The notes beneath the pieces were generated by a model. That model had not been told where the DNA came from. It did no database searches and saw only the letters and a program-made list of their open reading frames with translations. A stretch of 64,000 bases of DNA, taken from IMG/VR virus record IMGVR_UViG_2974666281_000001, positions 64,001 through 128,000 of that record; one strand, 5' to 3'. The translations under genes and the position numbers were made by a program. This document shows positions 25,372 through 39,459 of the stretch, piece by piece (position 1 is the first letter of the stretch; every line of letters starts with the position of its first letter). This DNA is from a virus. Its lineage: Duplodnaviria > Caudoviricetes.

Positions 25372-27197
25372 AACAGAATTTAAAAATTGGACAAATGGTC
25401 GATGATGGTACAGGCGACTATCTTCGCGCTGGTGGTAAAAAAATCAATGATAACTTTGATGAACTTTACTACCAATTAGGTGATGGTGATATCCCTCATT
25501 CTGCTGGTGCCTGGAAGACTCATAAAACTTCTGATGGTAATACAGTAGATGCTGTATTCGGTAAGTCATACACTCTTGACACCACAGATGGAAGAATTAA
25601 CTTCAAACTACCAAAAGGTTCTATTGAAGATTATAACAAAGTTATTCGTATTCGCGATGTTTTTAGTACATGGCAACGTCAACCTGTTACTTTAATTCCT
25701 GCTACCGGTGATACAATTAAAGGCTCTGGTGCTGCAGTAGAAATCAATCGTAATTTTGCAGACCTTGAATTAGTTTATTGCTCTCCTGGGCGTTGGGAAT
25801 ATATCGATAACAAACAAATTGATAAAATTTCTAATAACGACCTAGCTACAGTAGTTCGTCAAGATTTTATTGCTACTGAAGGCCAAATCGATTTTATGGA
25901 TGTGTTTTCAGGGTATGACTATAATACTGTAAGCCTTCAGGTCTATCATCGTGGTAACTTGCTGTTTTATACGGCAAAGGGTAAAGATTTCGATAAAACT
26001 ACTGCTGAATTTGGCTCTCCTGTTCAGGGTGACCCAACTGATATCAAAGCTTTAGATGGAAGAAATATTCGTTTAAAAATGTCTTGTAAAGCTGGTGATA
26101 CTGTTTCTGTCGTGTCCTTTATGGACGGCATCAGTCAATGGCGTAGTTCATATAATCGTCGTGAAATCCGCCTCCTGGATTCGTCTCTGACTACAAGAAA
26201 GACTATTAACGGGTCTATTGTTGTTGATGATCTTTCTATTCGTGAAGGTGTATCAATGACTGAACTTGGCATTGATGCTTCTTCACCAGTTAACCCACAG
26301 TCTCTTCAAGTTTTCTTAAATAGCACTTTGCTTTACGAAGCGGGCACTGCAGGTTTGCCTACTTTCCGTTGTGAAGGTTTTGATGAAGTAGAATCAGCAG
26401 AAATTTGTAGTGAAATTGGTGGTGCGTGGACAGAATCTGCAACCGATTATTTGTTTACTACTATAGATGAAGAGGGCGATATACCAGGAATTAAATTTGA
26501 TCGTAAATTCGAACATAATGATGTGTTATCTATTGTTTGGTACAACAACGACATAGGAACAACTCTTGAATTAGATGAGATTCTTGATGCAACTGACGAA
26601 CGATATGTTGCTACTGGTGCGGCTCTAAACATCACTGGCCGCGTAAACATCACAGATTACGATAATCCAGGTTGGCCTAATGTTGAACCTGCACAAGCTT
26701 CAGAAATCAAACCTTCTGCTGTTGCTTCTATTTTTGATTTAGTTTATCCAATAGGAACAATTTACGAAAACGCAGTGAATCCTAATAACCCGGTTACTTA
26801 TATGGGATTTGGTACATGGAAACGTTGGGGTGAAGGTAAATTTTTAGCAGGTTGGTCATCTGATGCAGGTGATTCCAAGTTCGGCTTAAATAATAATGAT
26901 ATTGACATTTCTGGAAACCCATCTCATACTGCCGGCGGCACCGGTGGTCATGATAGCGTTTATATCAGAGAAAATAATATCCCTAAAATTAAAACCGACG
27001 AAAAGGTTCTAATAACAGATGATAATGGTCCAATTGTAATTGGTGGGTGCCAATTTGACCCTGATGACGAAGGTCCGGCTTATACAAAATATCGTGAAGA
27101 CTATGCAACGATTAATAAGCAAAACGACCCTAATGCCGTTCCTCTTGATACTCTTCCACCTTATATAACCGTTTATCGTTGGTTAAGGATTTCATAA
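25368..27197 (+). CDS. 10: Baseplate wedge / tail pin gp10
   Basis: DDGTGDYLRAGGKKIN; PPYITVYRWLRI. Confidence 0.96.
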   Translation: MKQNLKIGQMVDDGTGDYLRAGGKKINDNFDELYYQLGDGDIPHSAGAWKTHKTSDGNTVDAVFGKSYTLDTTDGRINFKLPKGSIEDYNKVIRIRDVFSTWQRQPVTLIPATGDTIKGSGAAVEINRNFADLELVYCSPGRWEYIDNKQIDKISNNDLATVVRQDFIATEGQIDFMDVFSGYDYNTVSLQVYHRGNLLFYTAKGKDFDKTTAEFGSPVQGDPTDIKALDGRNIRLKMSCKAGDTVSVVSFMDGISQWRSSYNRREIRLLDSSLTTRKTINGSIVVDDLSIREGVSMTELGIDASSPVNPQSLQVFLNSTLLYEAGTAGLPTFRCEGFDEVESAEICSEIGGAWTESATDYLFTTIDEEGDIPGIKFDRKFEHNDVLSIVWYNNDIGTTLELDEILDATDERYVATGAALNITGRVNITDYDNPGWPNVEPAQASEIKPSAVASIFDLVYPIGTIYENAVNPNNPVTYMGFGTWKRWGEGKFLAGWSSDAGDSKFGLNNNDIDISGNPSHTAGGTGGHDSVYIRENNIPKIKTDEKVLITDDNGPIVIGGCQFDPDDEGPAYTKYREDYATINKQNDPNAVPLDTLPPYITVYRWLRIS

Positions 27198-27880
27198 TGA
27201 TTAAAAGTAAAACTATTTCAAAAGCGGGTGTAACATCCCGCTTAGCCGATACCCTTGAATTCAGACAAGATGGGTCTAAAGGAGATGTAGTCGCAGGGAA
27301 CGGTGGTTTTGGTGGTGTAACAGTTTCGCAATTAGCTCGTGGTGTTAATTATCCAACAGTTCAAAGTGTTCTGAACGATTTAGAGTTCAGATGCGAAGTC
27401 CCTGTAGATGGGGTTGTAATGAATACCTCAGGTAATATTCCTGGATTCATTAGACAAAATGACCAGTGGAAAATTGAAGGTGAAATTAAAACTACTGGGG
27501 ATTCGGTTAATATTGGTGACCCAGTAATGATTTATTTCCTTGGATTCCCAGTAATGGTTAAGGTTGGCGACCAACCAACGCAAATTGCTTCTGATATTTT
27601 TGCCGTGTTAAATGAAGCTTCTATTAACCAGATAGCTATAGATACAGTAAGTATAGATGCTGCGGATGAAACCATCCTAAATGTTCAATATAAAGATTAT
27701 CAACATCACGTTTTTCAGCCTATTTCTTTAAATGGGGCTACTGCCACACAAACTACGGTTGTTGAGCCTCGCGCAGGATATGGTACTTGGGAATATCTTG
27801 GGTCGCAAGAAATAACTCTTGCAGGTGGTACTACAGATGGTACCCCATTCACCATGTCGTACTTTAAGAGAACAGCATAA
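27197..27880 (+). CDS. 11: Baseplate wedge / short fiber connector gp11
   Basis: KAGVTSRLAD, GYGTWEYLG, YFKRTA; start at TAATG overlap. Confidence 0.9.
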   Translation: MIKSKTISKAGVTSRLADTLEFRQDGSKGDVVAGNGGFGGVTVSQLARGVNYPTVQSVLNDLEFRCEVPVDGVVMNTSGNIPGFIRQNDQWKIEGEIKTTGDSVNIGDPVMIYFLGFPVMVKVGDQPTQIASDIFAVLNEASINQIAIDTVSIDAADETILNVQYKDYQHHVFQPISLNGATATQTTVVEPRAGYGTWEYLGSQEITLAGGTTDGTPFTMSYFKRTA

Positions 27881-29424
27881 TGGCAACAAATACTATTGCT
27901 CACATTAGTGACGATTCAAAATATAAAACGTTTGACCCAACAGGAACAAGTTTTCCTGCTAATATCAAAGACGTTCAGGCCGCATTAGCGGCCATTAAAC
28001 CTATTGCCGTTGACGGTATCCCAGATGCGACAGCAACAGTTAAAGGCATTATCAGATTAGCAACACAACAAGAAGTTGATGATGGAATTAATAGCAATAC
28101 AGCAATAACTCCTGCTACTTTAGCTATTCGTTTAGCTAAACCTGCTGCTACTGAAACTGTCGCTGGGATTACTCGATATGCTACTTTAGCCGAAGCTAAA
28201 ACAGGTACAATTAATAATGCCGCTATTGTTCCAACTACTTTAAAAGGAACTTTAGATGAAGCTTTTACTGTAAGAACTTCTACAGAAAGTAGATTAGGTG
28301 TTATTAAAATTTCTACTCAAGCAGCAGCTTTAGCCGGAACAGATGATACCACGGCTATGACCCCTAAAAAGGTTTTAGCCGCTATTAACGCAGCAACTGC
28401 TAAAATACCTACTCCTCAAACTTCTACCGAAACTGTTTCAGGTATCTCAAGACTTGCTACGGCAGCTGAAACCGCTGCAGGAACTTCTCGTTCTGGGTTA
28501 GCTGTTTCGCCATTTGGCTTAGCTTCTATGCGTTCAAGCCCTTCAGCATTCGGTATCGTTAAAGGCACTACAAATGCCGAAGTATTAGCTGGGACTATTA
28601 ATAACCAGTATGTTTCTCCTGCTTCTTTGTTAGGCCGCACTGGTGCTGTTAACCGTCTTGGTCTTGTTAAATTAACTACTACAGCTGGTTCTGGCGACGG
28701 AAATACAGCTTTAGCGTATAATGCTGATGTTGTCCATCTTCGTGGTGGACAGACAATTAATGGAGCTTTATCTATTTCTGGTAATTTTAGAGCGGCTAGA
28801 ATTGATATGTCTTCAGGCTTTATCAATAACCAACAAATAGTAACAGCTAACATGTTAGTTGATGATGTTCCTGTCGGATGCATTATGATGTGGCCTACAG
28901 ATTCACTCCCTAACAATAAATGGCGCTTCTGTCATGGCGGTTCATTACCAAAGGCCTCATATCCGACTTATCATGCTACCGTAGGTACTCGTTTTGGTGG
29001 AGATGCCAATAATGCAGGTGTTCCTGATATGCGTGGGCTATTTGTTAGAGGTTCTGGTCGTTCTAGTCATATGTCTGCTAGAGACGGTAAGGATTCTAAA
29101 GGTAAAGAAGGCCTTGGGTACGGGTGTGCTGGTGCAGGAACTGGACAAGTACAAACTCAACAAAATAGATTCCATAAACACGAATCTGGGTGGGGCGAAC
29201 GGCGCGAACGTAATTGGGCAAGAAATGGGGCTACAGTAGGTGTAGGACATTTTGGTTCGCACTCTGCAGACTGGGACAACTATAAGTACTTTACAAATGA
29301 TGGCCGTGAAGTAGAAGCTGTTAACGCACGAGATTCTTTCGCAACAATGAATACTGAAGGACTTATGGGTTGGGAAAACCGTCCTTGGAATATGTCATTA
29401 AACTATATTATTAAAGTAGCATAA
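27880..29424 (+). CDS. 12: Short tail fiber gp12
   Basis: AT...G..RLAT repeats; collar PDMRGLFVRG; HKH Zn site; ENRPWNMSLNYIIKV. Confidence 0.95.
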   Translation: MATNTIAHISDDSKYKTFDPTGTSFPANIKDVQAALAAIKPIAVDGIPDATATVKGIIRLATQQEVDDGINSNTAITPATLAIRLAKPAATETVAGITRYATLAEAKTGTINNAAIVPTTLKGTLDEAFTVRTSTESRLGVIKISTQAAALAGTDDTTAMTPKKVLAAINAATAKIPTPQTSTETVSGISRLATAAETAAGTSRSGLAVSPFGLASMRSSPSAFGIVKGTTNAEVLAGTINNQYVSPASLLGRTGAVNRLGLVKLTTTAGSGDGNTALAYNADVVHLRGGQTINGALSISGNFRAARIDMSSGFINNQQIVTANMLVDDVPVGCIMMWPTDSLPNNKWRFCHGGSLPKASYPTYHATVGTRFGGDANNAGVPDMRGLFVRGSGRSSHMSARDGKDSKGKEGLGYGCAGAGTGQVQTQQNRFHKHESGWGERRERNWARNGATVGVGHFGSHSADWDNYKYFTNDGREVEAVNARDSFATMNTEGLMGWENRPWNMSLNYIIKVA

Positions 29425-29433
29425 GGAAACTAA

Positions 29434-31188
29434 ATGATTAACGACCTGGAATTAAAAGACATTCCTTTCGTTGACGGACTTCCTGATGATGGTCAGCAGC
29501 GCATCCGTTGGGTGCGCACTGGCGATTGTTTGAGCGCCGCGGAAACGAAAAATGGTAATGAAGGATTCCTCAACGTAGTGGGTGTTCAACTCCAGAAGAA
29601 CATTGTTCTTTTAGACGAGAATGCAAAAACTACAGAGAAATCTGTCAACGAATTAGTTGCCAATGTTAATAACATCAATGAAGCTCTCTCTATGGGTTCT
29701 GATACTGAAGTTATTAAACAAGTTGGCATTAACAAAGAAAATATAGAAGTTCTCCAGGTTCACACTCAGAATGCTGAAGACGATATTGGAGAGCTTCAGA
29801 CAAATTTAGATTCTTTAACTGAAGATGTAGGAGTATTTGATCCAGCAGCGGATTCTCTTTACAGAACTGTTCGAGATAATCTGGTTTGGATTAAAAAGGA
29901 AATGGGCCAATATCCTGGTCAAGATTTCAACGGACAATCTGTTGTAGGTAATCTTGCTTCAGGTATGAAACGTCGTATTATGGATAATACCGGCGAAATC
30001 ACTAAACAAGAAGTTAGAATCAAGACTCTTGAAGACAATTATCAGAATTCCGATATAGGTTCTTTAACTCTTGAAGTAAATAAACTTCGTAAAGAAGTAG
30101 GGCCATCTTCTAGTGCTAAAGTTGATAATATCTACAAACGTACAGATTCATTAGAACTTAGAACCTCTAGTATGGATCGTTCTATTGATGACATTGAAGT
30201 TGCTATTGGCTTGGGTGGAATTCCTATTATTGAAAAAGTTAATTCAAACACTCAAAGTATTTCTAATTTATCAGCTCAAATTAATACTCCTGTTACTGGT
30301 ATTTCTCCAAGATTAATTTCTTTAGAAAATGTTATTGGTAATGAGAATAAACCTACATCTGTTTCAGGTAAAGTGTTTATTTTACGTCGTGATTTAGATG
30401 TGTTGACTTCTGTAGTTGGTAATGATACTTCTTCTGGATTACGTGGGGATGTTGCTTGGTTGAATAAACGTGTTGGTATTGTTCCTGTTGGCGAACAGCC
30501 TGCAGAAGATACTGCATTTGGCCAAATTATTACCTTAAATGCTATTATGAATGAGAATGCTTCAGCTATTCAAGACCTTCAGGTAGAAATTGGTAACAAT
30601 AACGAAGGTATTAAAGGCCAGGTTATTAGACTTACTACTTTAGTTAATGGAACTAACCCTAATGGTAGTACCGTTGAAGAACGTGGTCTGCTGAATACCG
30701 CTAAGCAACATGATACTGCAATTAAAAATTCTGTTCAAGAAGCGCCTAAAAATAACCAAATTTACGGAAGAAAAAATGGTGAATGGGCTGTAGTTGAAGG
30801 AACAGATGTTAGCAGATTTATCGTGGATGCTCCGGATGATGGCGCAGAATATGTCCGTAAAAACAAAGAATGGGTAGAACCTACTCCTATTGATTTGACT
30901 GGTTATTTAAAAGACGCTCCTGCTGATACTAAATTATATGGACGTTCTGATAATAGTTGGGAAGAAGTAGTTATTCCAACTATTCCTGACGTTTCTGAAT
31001 TTATTACTGATGCTCCTTCTGATACTAAGCTGTATGGTCGTAAAGACGAATCTTGGGAAGAGGTAATAATTCCAGATGTACCGGATATTAGTGATTTGAT
31101 TCCTGAAGCACCTAAAGACGGTAAAGCTTATGTTCGTAAGGATGGGGTTTGGGTTGATTTAGACACAATTCTGAATCCAGTCGCATAA
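29434..31188 (+). CDS. wac: Fibritin (collar/whiskers) with five C-terminal foldon-like repeats
   Basis: [20 protein letters not shown]; coiled coil; [12 protein letters not shown]; terminal [19 protein letters not shown]. Confidence 0.95.
   Translation: MINDLELKDIPFVDGLPDDGQQRIRWVRTGDCLSAAETKNGNEGFLNVVGVQLQKNIVLLDENAKTTEKSVNELVANVNNINEALSMGSDTEVIKQVGINKENIEVLQVHTQNAEDDIGELQTNLDSLTEDVGVFDPAADSLYRTVRDNLVWIKKEMGQYPGQDFNGQSVVGNLASGMKRRIMDNTGEITKQEVRIKTLEDNYQNSDIGSLTLEVNKLRKEVGPSSSAKVDNIYKRTDSLELRTSSMDRSIDDIEVAIGLGGIPIIEKVNSNTQSISNLSAQINTPVTGISPRLISLENVIGNENKPTSVSGKVFILRRDLDVLTSVVGNDTSSGLRGDVAWLNKRVGIVPVGEQPAEDTAFGQIITLNAIMNENASAIQDLQVEIGNNNEGIKGQVIRLTTLVNGTNPNGSTVEERGLLNTAKQHDTAIKNSVQEAPKNNQIYGRKNGEWAVVEGTDVSRFIVDAPDDGAEYVRKNKEWVEPTPIDLTGYLKDAPADTKLYGRSDNSWEEVVIPTIPDVSEFITDAPSDTKLYGRKDESWEEVIIPDVPDISDLIPEAPKDGKAYVRKDGVWVDLDTILNPVA
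30727..31170 (+). repeat. Five tandem foldon-like protein repeats in wac
   Basis: [ED]AP-x(5)-Y-[GV]-R-x(4)-W occurs five times. Confidence 0.85.
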
Positions 31189-31190
31189 TT

Positions 31191-31224
31191 AAAGGGAGCT
31201 TCGGCTCCCTTTCGGGCATAAATA
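31191..31224 (+). promoter_or_regulatory. Terminator plus late promoter of gene 13
   Basis: AAAGGGAGC-TTCG-GCTCCCTTT then CATAAATA at 31217-31224. Confidence 0.8.
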
Positions 31225-31247
31225 CGATTATTAATAGAGGACAAATT

Positions 31248-32186
31248 ATGGCCGGATATAACGCATATAACCCTAAGGAGCTCAAGGACGTAATCTTACG
31301 ACGCCTAGGGGCTCCTATAGTAAATGTTGAAGTAACTACAGAACAAATATACGATTGCATCCAGCGCGCCCTGGAGCTATTTGGTGAGTATCATTTTGAT
31401 GGTCTTAACAAAGGATATCAAGTATTCACAATTGGTAAAGATGATGAAGAACTTTATCGTACCGGCGTGTTCAATCTTTCAGGTAAAAATATTTTTGCAA
31501 TAACTCAAATCGTTAGAACTAATGTTGGCTCGATTACATCTATGGATGGTAATGCCACTTACCCATGGTTCACTGACTTTATGTTAGGAATGGCTGGTAT
31601 TAATGGTGGGATGGGTTCAAGTTGTAATAAATTTTATGGACCTAATGCATTTGGTGCAGATCTTGGTTATTTCACTCAATTAATGCAATACCGCACTATG
31701 ATGCAAGATATGCTTTCTCCTTTACCTGATTATTGGTATAACGATGCAACAGGTCAATTGAAAGTAATGGGCAACTTCACTAAAGGCGACATTATTATTT
31801 GTGAAGTATTTGTCAAATCTTATGTAGACGTAGAAAAGGCTGTTGGCAATACGGCTGGATATGGCTTTGCTAGTTCGTGTTCTACTAATCCATATTCTCC
31901 TGGCGAAATTTATGATAACCCAGACAGAGCTTTAAGTGGTATGAGAGCTGGTCAAGATGACCCTATTAAACAAGGTTCATATAATAACCGTTGGGTTAAA
32001 GATTACGCTACTGCATTAGTTAAAGAACTCAATGGACAAATCCTGGCCAAACATCAAGGTATGTCTTTACCTGGTGGTGTAACGGTTGATGGTGTTCGTC
32101 TAATTGAAGAAGCTCGTCTTGAAAAAGAAGCATTACGACAAGAGCTTGATTTACTGGACCCGCCATTTGGTATTTTAGTAGGTTAA
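31248..32186 (+). CDS. 13: Neck protein gp13
   Basis: [16 protein letters not shown]; [12 protein letters not shown]. Confidence 0.96.
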   Translation: MAGYNAYNPKELKDVILRRLGAPIVNVEVTTEQIYDCIQRALELFGEYHFDGLNKGYQVFTIGKDDEELYRTGVFNLSGKNIFAITQIVRTNVGSITSMDGNATYPWFTDFMLGMAGINGGMGSSCNKFYGPNAFGADLGYFTQLMQYRTMMQDMLSPLPDYWYNDATGQLKVMGNFTKGDIIICEVFVKSYVDVEKAVGNTAGYGFASSCSTNPYSPGEIYDNPDRALSGMRAGQDDPIKQGSYNNRWVKDYATALVKELNGQILAKHQGMSLPGGVTVDGVRLIEEARLEKEALRQELDLLDPPFGILVG

Positions 32187-32187
32187 T

Positions 32188-32964
32188 ATGTCTACATACG
32201 ACAAATCCCTTTTTGCTAAATTAGAAAATAGATCAGGATATTCTAAAACTAATGAGCAAGAAATATTGAACCCGTTCGTTAACTTTCATCACTATGAGAA
32301 TACCCAGACATTAGCAGATGTATTAGTGGCTGAAAGTATTCAGATGCGTGGGATAGAGCTTTATTATATCCCACGTGAATTCGTCAAGCCTGATATGATA
32401 TTTGGTGAAGACCTTCAATCTAAGTTCACTAAAGCTTGGAAATTTGCTGGCTATCTTGATTCGTTTGATGGGTATTCTGGTGATAACATATTCTTCAGCA
32501 AGTTTGGCATGTCTGTTAATGATGAAGTGAATATCAGCATAAACCCCGGACTTTTCAAACATCAATGCAATGGAACTGAGCCTATTTCAGGTGACTTAAT
32601 TTATTTCCCAATGGACAATAGTCTGTTTGAAATAAATTGGGTCCAACCATATGACCCATTCTACCAAGTAGGTCAGAACGCCATACGTAAAATTACTGCT
32701 CAGAAATTTGTTTATTCGGGTGAACAACTTCAGCCTGAACTTCAACGTAATGATGGGATTAATATTCCTGAATTCAGTGAACTCGACCTTGAACCTGTTC
32801 ATAATATCGATGGTTTAGCCGATATTAACGATGACCAATACGCCGAAAGTAATCAATTTAATGCTGAAGCTGCTGAATACGTTGAACCATATACGGTTAT
32901 TAATGGACGAGGCAATCAAGCTCCACCTAAACCTGAAGCATTTGACGACAGCTTCTTTAACTAA
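32188..32964 (+). CDS. 14: Neck protein gp14
   Basis: [14 protein letters not shown]; [17 protein letters not shown]. Confidence 0.96.
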   Translation: MSTYDKSLFAKLENRSGYSKTNEQEILNPFVNFHHYENTQTLADVLVAESIQMRGIELYYIPREFVKPDMIFGEDLQSKFTKAWKFAGYLDSFDGYSGDNIFFSKFGMSVNDEVNISINPGLFKHQCNGTEPISGDLIYFPMDNSLFEINWVQPYDPFYQVGQNAIRKITAQKFVYSGEQLQPELQRNDGINIPEFSELDLEPVHNIDGLADINDDQYAESNQFNAEAAEYVEPYTVINGRGNQAPPKPEAFDDSFFN

Positions 32965-33006
32965 TAAATAAACATATTACGGGCCGCAAGGCCCTTTGGA
33001 GAGAAA

Positions 33007-33836
33007 ATGTTTGGTCATTGGTACAATTCATCACTGCGTCGCTATATAGTTTTAATGGGTGATTTGTTTTCCCATGTCCAAGTAGCGCGTACTAGAGAAG
33101 ACACAGGTATAAAATTTATTAAGGTGCCTATTACTTATGCATCAAAAGAAAAATTCATGTCTCAACTTGGTAAAATCACCGCTATTCAAAGTACTCAAGA
33201 TAAAGCTAAGGTTGAGACTATCCTACCACGTATGAATCTTCATATGGTAGACCTTCAATATAACGCACAATATAAAACAGCTTTACAGAACAGAAGTGCA
33301 GCACGTTATCAAGATGGTGACCCGAGAAAATCTGTTTCTCAATTTAGTCCTACTCCAGTTAAAATGATTTTTGAGCTTGGAATCTACACTCGTCATCAAG
33401 ATGATATGTATCAAATTATAGAACAGATTTTACCTTATTTCCAACCTCATTTTAATACGACTATCACTGAGCTTTATACTAACGATATTAAGTTTGAGCG
33501 AGACATCAGGATTGTTTTCCAGTCAGCTGCAATGGATGAACAATTTGAAGGTGATAACATCACTAGACGTCGTCTGGAATGGTCTATTATGTTTGAAGTT
33601 AATGGATGGATTTATCCACCTGTTGCAGATATTTCAGGTGAAATTAGAACCATTTATATTGACTTCTTTGCCAACACTAAAGAATTAACCCCTGAAGGTA
33701 TTTTCGAATCTGTTGATAGCGAAGTTGTTCCACGTCATATAGAAGCAGCCGAATGGGATGGCTCGTATGAACAAACTTATTCAAAAGATACGCCAATTCC
33801 TGTTCCACCACAAGAACCTGGCCCGAGGACTAATAA

Positions 33837-33840
<4 letters not shown>
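33007..33840 (+). CDS. 15: Tail sheath stabilizer / completion gp15
   Basis: [13 protein letters not shown]; [12 protein letters not shown]. Confidence 0.96.
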
Positions 33841-36159
<2,319 letters not shown>

Positions 36160-36191
36160 AAAGTAAAGCAAAACAATATTGAGGATTCAAA

Positions 36192-38174
36192 ATGGCTTTA
36201 TTATCCCCGGGCATTGAGCTCAAAGAAACTAGTGTACAAAGCACCGTCGTTCGTAATGCTACCGGTCGTGCTGCGCTGGTAGGGAAGTTCCAGTGGGGTC
36301 CTGCATTTCAGGTTACTCAAATCACTAACGAAGTTGAATTAGTAGAACGTTTCGGTGGTCCTAATAACGAAACTGCTGACTATTTCATGTCTGGTATGAA
36401 CTTCCTCCAGTATGGTAATGACTTACGTGTTGTTCGTGTAGTTAATCGTGAAACAGCTAAAAACGCATCTCCTGTTGCCGGTAACATTAGTTCAACTATT
36501 ACTACTGCAGGTTCTAACTATGCTGTAGGCGATAAAATTACAGTTAAATATTTGCAGACAGTTGTTGAAACTGAAGGTAAAATTACCGCTGTTGATGCGG
36601 ATGGCAAAATTCTGAGTGTGTATATTCCTTCAGAAAAAATTATTGCATACGCTAAATCAGTAAACCAATATCCATCACTTGGGTCTGCTTGGACGGCTGA
36701 AATTTCTTCTGCTTCATCTGGTGTTTCAGGTACTCTTTCTATCCAAAGTGTAGTTACTGATTCTGGTATTCTTCTGACTGAACCAGAAAGTGCTATCGAA
36801 GAAATTACTTCAGTAGATTTCCAAGCCCTGATTAAGAAATACAATATGCCAGGTATTGTGGCTATTTACCCAGGTGAAATTGGCTCTCAAATCGAAGTAG
36901 AAATTATTTCTAAAACTACTTTTGATAAGGCTTCTTCTCCTGATTTAGACATTTTCCCAGGCGGTGGTAAGCGCGCTTCTACTGCTCGTGCGGTATTTGG
37001 TTATGGTCCACAGACTGAAGATCAATATGGTATTATCGTTCGTCGTGACGGTGCTATCATGGAATCTGTGATTCTGTCTACTAAATATGGCGATAAAGAC
37101 GTTTACGGTAATAACATCTTTATGGATGATTATTTCTCTAAAGGAACTTCTAACTACATCTTTGGTACTACTCAAGGATGGCCAAAAGGCTTCTCAGGTA
37201 TTATTAAATTATCAGGTGGTGTTTCTTCAAGCGAAACTGTTACTGCTGGCGATTTGATGCAAGGGTGGGATCTGTTTGGTGATCGTGAAGCTCTGCATAT
37301 TAACCTGTTGATTGCTGGTGCTTGTGCTGGTGAAGGCGACGAGGTGGCTTCTACAGTTCAGAAACACGTTGTTTCTATTGCTGACGAACGCCAAGATTGC
37401 CTTGCTTTTATTTCTCCTCCTAAAGGCACTTTAGTTAACGTTCCACTGACACGTGCAGTAGATAACTTAATTAATTGGCGTACTGCTCAAGAAGGTTTTG
37501 ATACTAATAACATGAATATCAGCACGACTTATGCTGCTATTGATGGTAACTACAAATACCAATATGACAAATACAACGACGTAAACCGTTGGGTTCCATT
37601 GGCTGCTGATATGGCAGGTCTGTGTGCTCGTACTGACGATGTTTCTCAACCTTGGATGTCTCCAGCTGGTTATAACCGTGGTCAGATTCTGAACGTCATT
37701 AAATTGGCTATCGAACCTCGCCAGGCGCATCGTGACCGTATGTATCAAGAAGCTATTAACCCAGTTACTGGTTTCGCAGGTGGTGATGGATTCGTTCTGT
37801 ACGGTGATAAAACCGCTACTAAAGTGCCTACGCCATTTGACCATATTAACGTTCGTCGTCTCTTCAACATGTTGAAGAAAAATATCGGTGATGCGTCTAA
37901 ATATCGTCTGTTCGAAAACAACGACAACTTTACTCGTTCAAGCTTCCGTATGGAAACTTCACAATACCTGAGTGGTATCAAAGCGCTAGGTGGTGTATAC
38001 GAGTTCCGTGTTGTTTGTGATACGACTAATAACACCCCAGGTGTTATTGACCGTAACGAATTTGTAGCGAGCATCTACGTTAAACCAGCCCGATCAATTA
38101 ACTACATCACTCTGAACTTTGTTGCTACAAGCACTGGTGCAGATTTCGATGAGCTGATTGGTCCTGCTCAATAA
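36192..38174 (+). CDS. 18: Tail sheath protein gp18
   Basis: LLSPGIELKET; WMSPAGYNRG; KPARSINYITLNF. Confidence 0.98.
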   Translation: MALLSPGIELKETSVQSTVVRNATGRAALVGKFQWGPAFQVTQITNEVELVERFGGPNNETADYFMSGMNFLQYGNDLRVVRVVNRETAKNASPVAGNISSTITTAGSNYAVGDKITVKYLQTVVETEGKITAVDADGKILSVYIPSEKIIAYAKSVNQYPSLGSAWTAEISSASSGVSGTLSIQSVVTDSGILLTEPESAIEEITSVDFQALIKKYNMPGIVAIYPGEIGSQIEVEIISKTTFDKASSPDLDIFPGGGKRASTARAVFGYGPQTEDQYGIIVRRDGAIMESVILSTKYGDKDVYGNNIFMDDYFSKGTSNYIFGTTQGWPKGFSGIIKLSGGVSSSETVTAGDLMQGWDLFGDREALHINLLIAGACAGEGDEVASTVQKHVVSIADERQDCLAFISPPKGTLVNVPLTRAVDNLINWRTAQEGFDTNNMNISTTYAAIDGNYKYQYDKYNDVNRWVPLAADMAGLCARTDDVSQPWMSPAGYNRGQILNVIKLAIEPRQAHRDRMYQEAINPVTGFAGGDGFVLYGDKTATKVPTPFDHINVRRLFNMLKKNIGDASKYRLFENNDNFTRSSFRMETSQYLSGIKALGGVYEFRVVCDTTNNTPGVIDRNEFVASIYVKPARSINYITLNFVATSTGADFDELIGPAQ

Positions 38175-38178
38175 TAGG

Positions 38179-38210
38179 ATGGCGCCTAGGACGTTTACTC
38201 TAGGCGCCAT
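38179..38210 (+). terminator. Stable hairpin after gene 18 (terminator or processing stem)
   Basis: ATGGCGCCTAG / CTAGGCGCCAT 11-bp stem. Confidence 0.6.
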
Positions 38211-38260
38211 ATATTCTATTAGGTTAATAGAAATTCTTTCCCTGGCTGTCCCTGACACTA

Positions 38261-38268
38261 TATAAATA
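38261..38268 (+). promoter_or_regulatory. Late promoter (gene 19 position) now directly ahead of the HNH gene
   Basis: TATAAATA 6 nt before ATG 38275. Confidence 0.8.
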
Positions 38269-38274
38269 AGTTAT

Positions 38275-38958
38275 ATGATTACTAATACACATTTTGTAGT
38301 TCCAATAACTAATAGAAACGTTACTGCTTTTAAATCACTAGGATATGAAGTTAAAAGTGGGGTTCCTCATTTAATAGAATTCGATGACTGTCCTGGAAAA
38401 ACTGTTATTACTTGTCGTTGTGACACTTGCTCAGAAGAGTATACAATCACAAAGGCTAAGTTAAATGAAACAAATACAAAATTTTGTATGAAACACCGTT
38501 GGGAAGTTTATTCTGAAGACCGCAAAGATTTCTGGAATTCCGAACAAGGATTAGAAATAAGAAAGGTCAAAGGCCCTAAGATTTCTAAATCTAAGAAAGG
38601 AGTTCGTATAGAAGCCTGTTGTGGGTCTAATAATGGTAGATGGAATCCTAACAAAGATGCTAAAAGAAAATATTACTCAAAAGTTCGTGGTTATTCTCTA
38701 AAACACTTTAGACGTGAAATAGAAAAGCTTCCTAATTTTGAGTTAAGTGGTAAGTGTGGTATTGAAAATGCTTACCAATTAGACCATAAGGTATCTATCA
38801 AATATGGGTTTGAAAATAATGTTCCTCCTGAGATTATAGGACATATTTGCAACCTAGAAATGATTCCTTGGGAACAGAATCGCCAAAAAGATTCTAGAAA
38901 CAGTGTTGACCTAGAAACACTTAACCTTTTAATCGAAAAACATGATAGGAAACAATAA
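38275..38958 (+). mobile_element. Free-standing HNH-type homing endonuclease between genes 18 and 19
   Basis: CxCxxC Zn motif; NUMOD3-like KISKSKKG..GSNNGRW; HNH core YQLDHKVS...NLEMIPWEQNRQK; absent from T4 at this site; AGA/AAA-rich codons. Confidence 0.8.
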
Positions 38959-38961
38959 CTT

Positions 38962-39453
38962 ATGGAGCTAACGGATATCACGAGAGCATTTGAGTCAGGT
39001 GACTTTGCTCGCCCTAACCTTTTCGAAGTCGAAATCCCATTCCTTGGTAAAAACTTCAGCTTCAAATGTAAAGCTGCTCCGATGCCAGCAGGCATTGTAG
39101 AGAAAGTACCAGTCGGTTATATGAACCGTAAAATCAACGTTGCAGGCGACCGTACGTTTGATGACTGGACTATCACCATCTATAATGATGACGCGCATAA
39201 AACTCGTCAGGCTATTGTTGATTGGCAGAATCTGTGCCACGGCATGACCAACGAAATTACTGGTGCTGCTCCAGCAGAATATAAGAAAACTGCTATCGTA
39301 CGTCAATTCCATCGTGATGGTAAAACTGTAACTAAAGAGCACACTATTACTGGTCTGTGGCCAACTAACGTTGGTGAAGTGCAAATGGACTGGGACAGCA
39401 ATAACGAAGTAGAAACATTCGAAACTACTTTCGCCATCGATTGGTGGGAATAA
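38962..39453 (+). CDS. 19: Tail tube protein gp19
   Basis: AFESGDFARPNLF; NRKINVAGDRTFDDW. Confidence 0.97.
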   Translation: MELTDITRAFESGDFARPNLFEVEIPFLGKNFSFKCKAAPMPAGIVEKVPVGYMNRKINVAGDRTFDDWTITIYNDDAHKTRQAIVDWQNLCHGMTNEITGAAPAEYKKTAIVRQFHRDGKTVTKEHTITGLWPTNVGEVQMDWDSNNEVETFETTFAIDWWE

Positions 39454-39459
39454 ATACTT

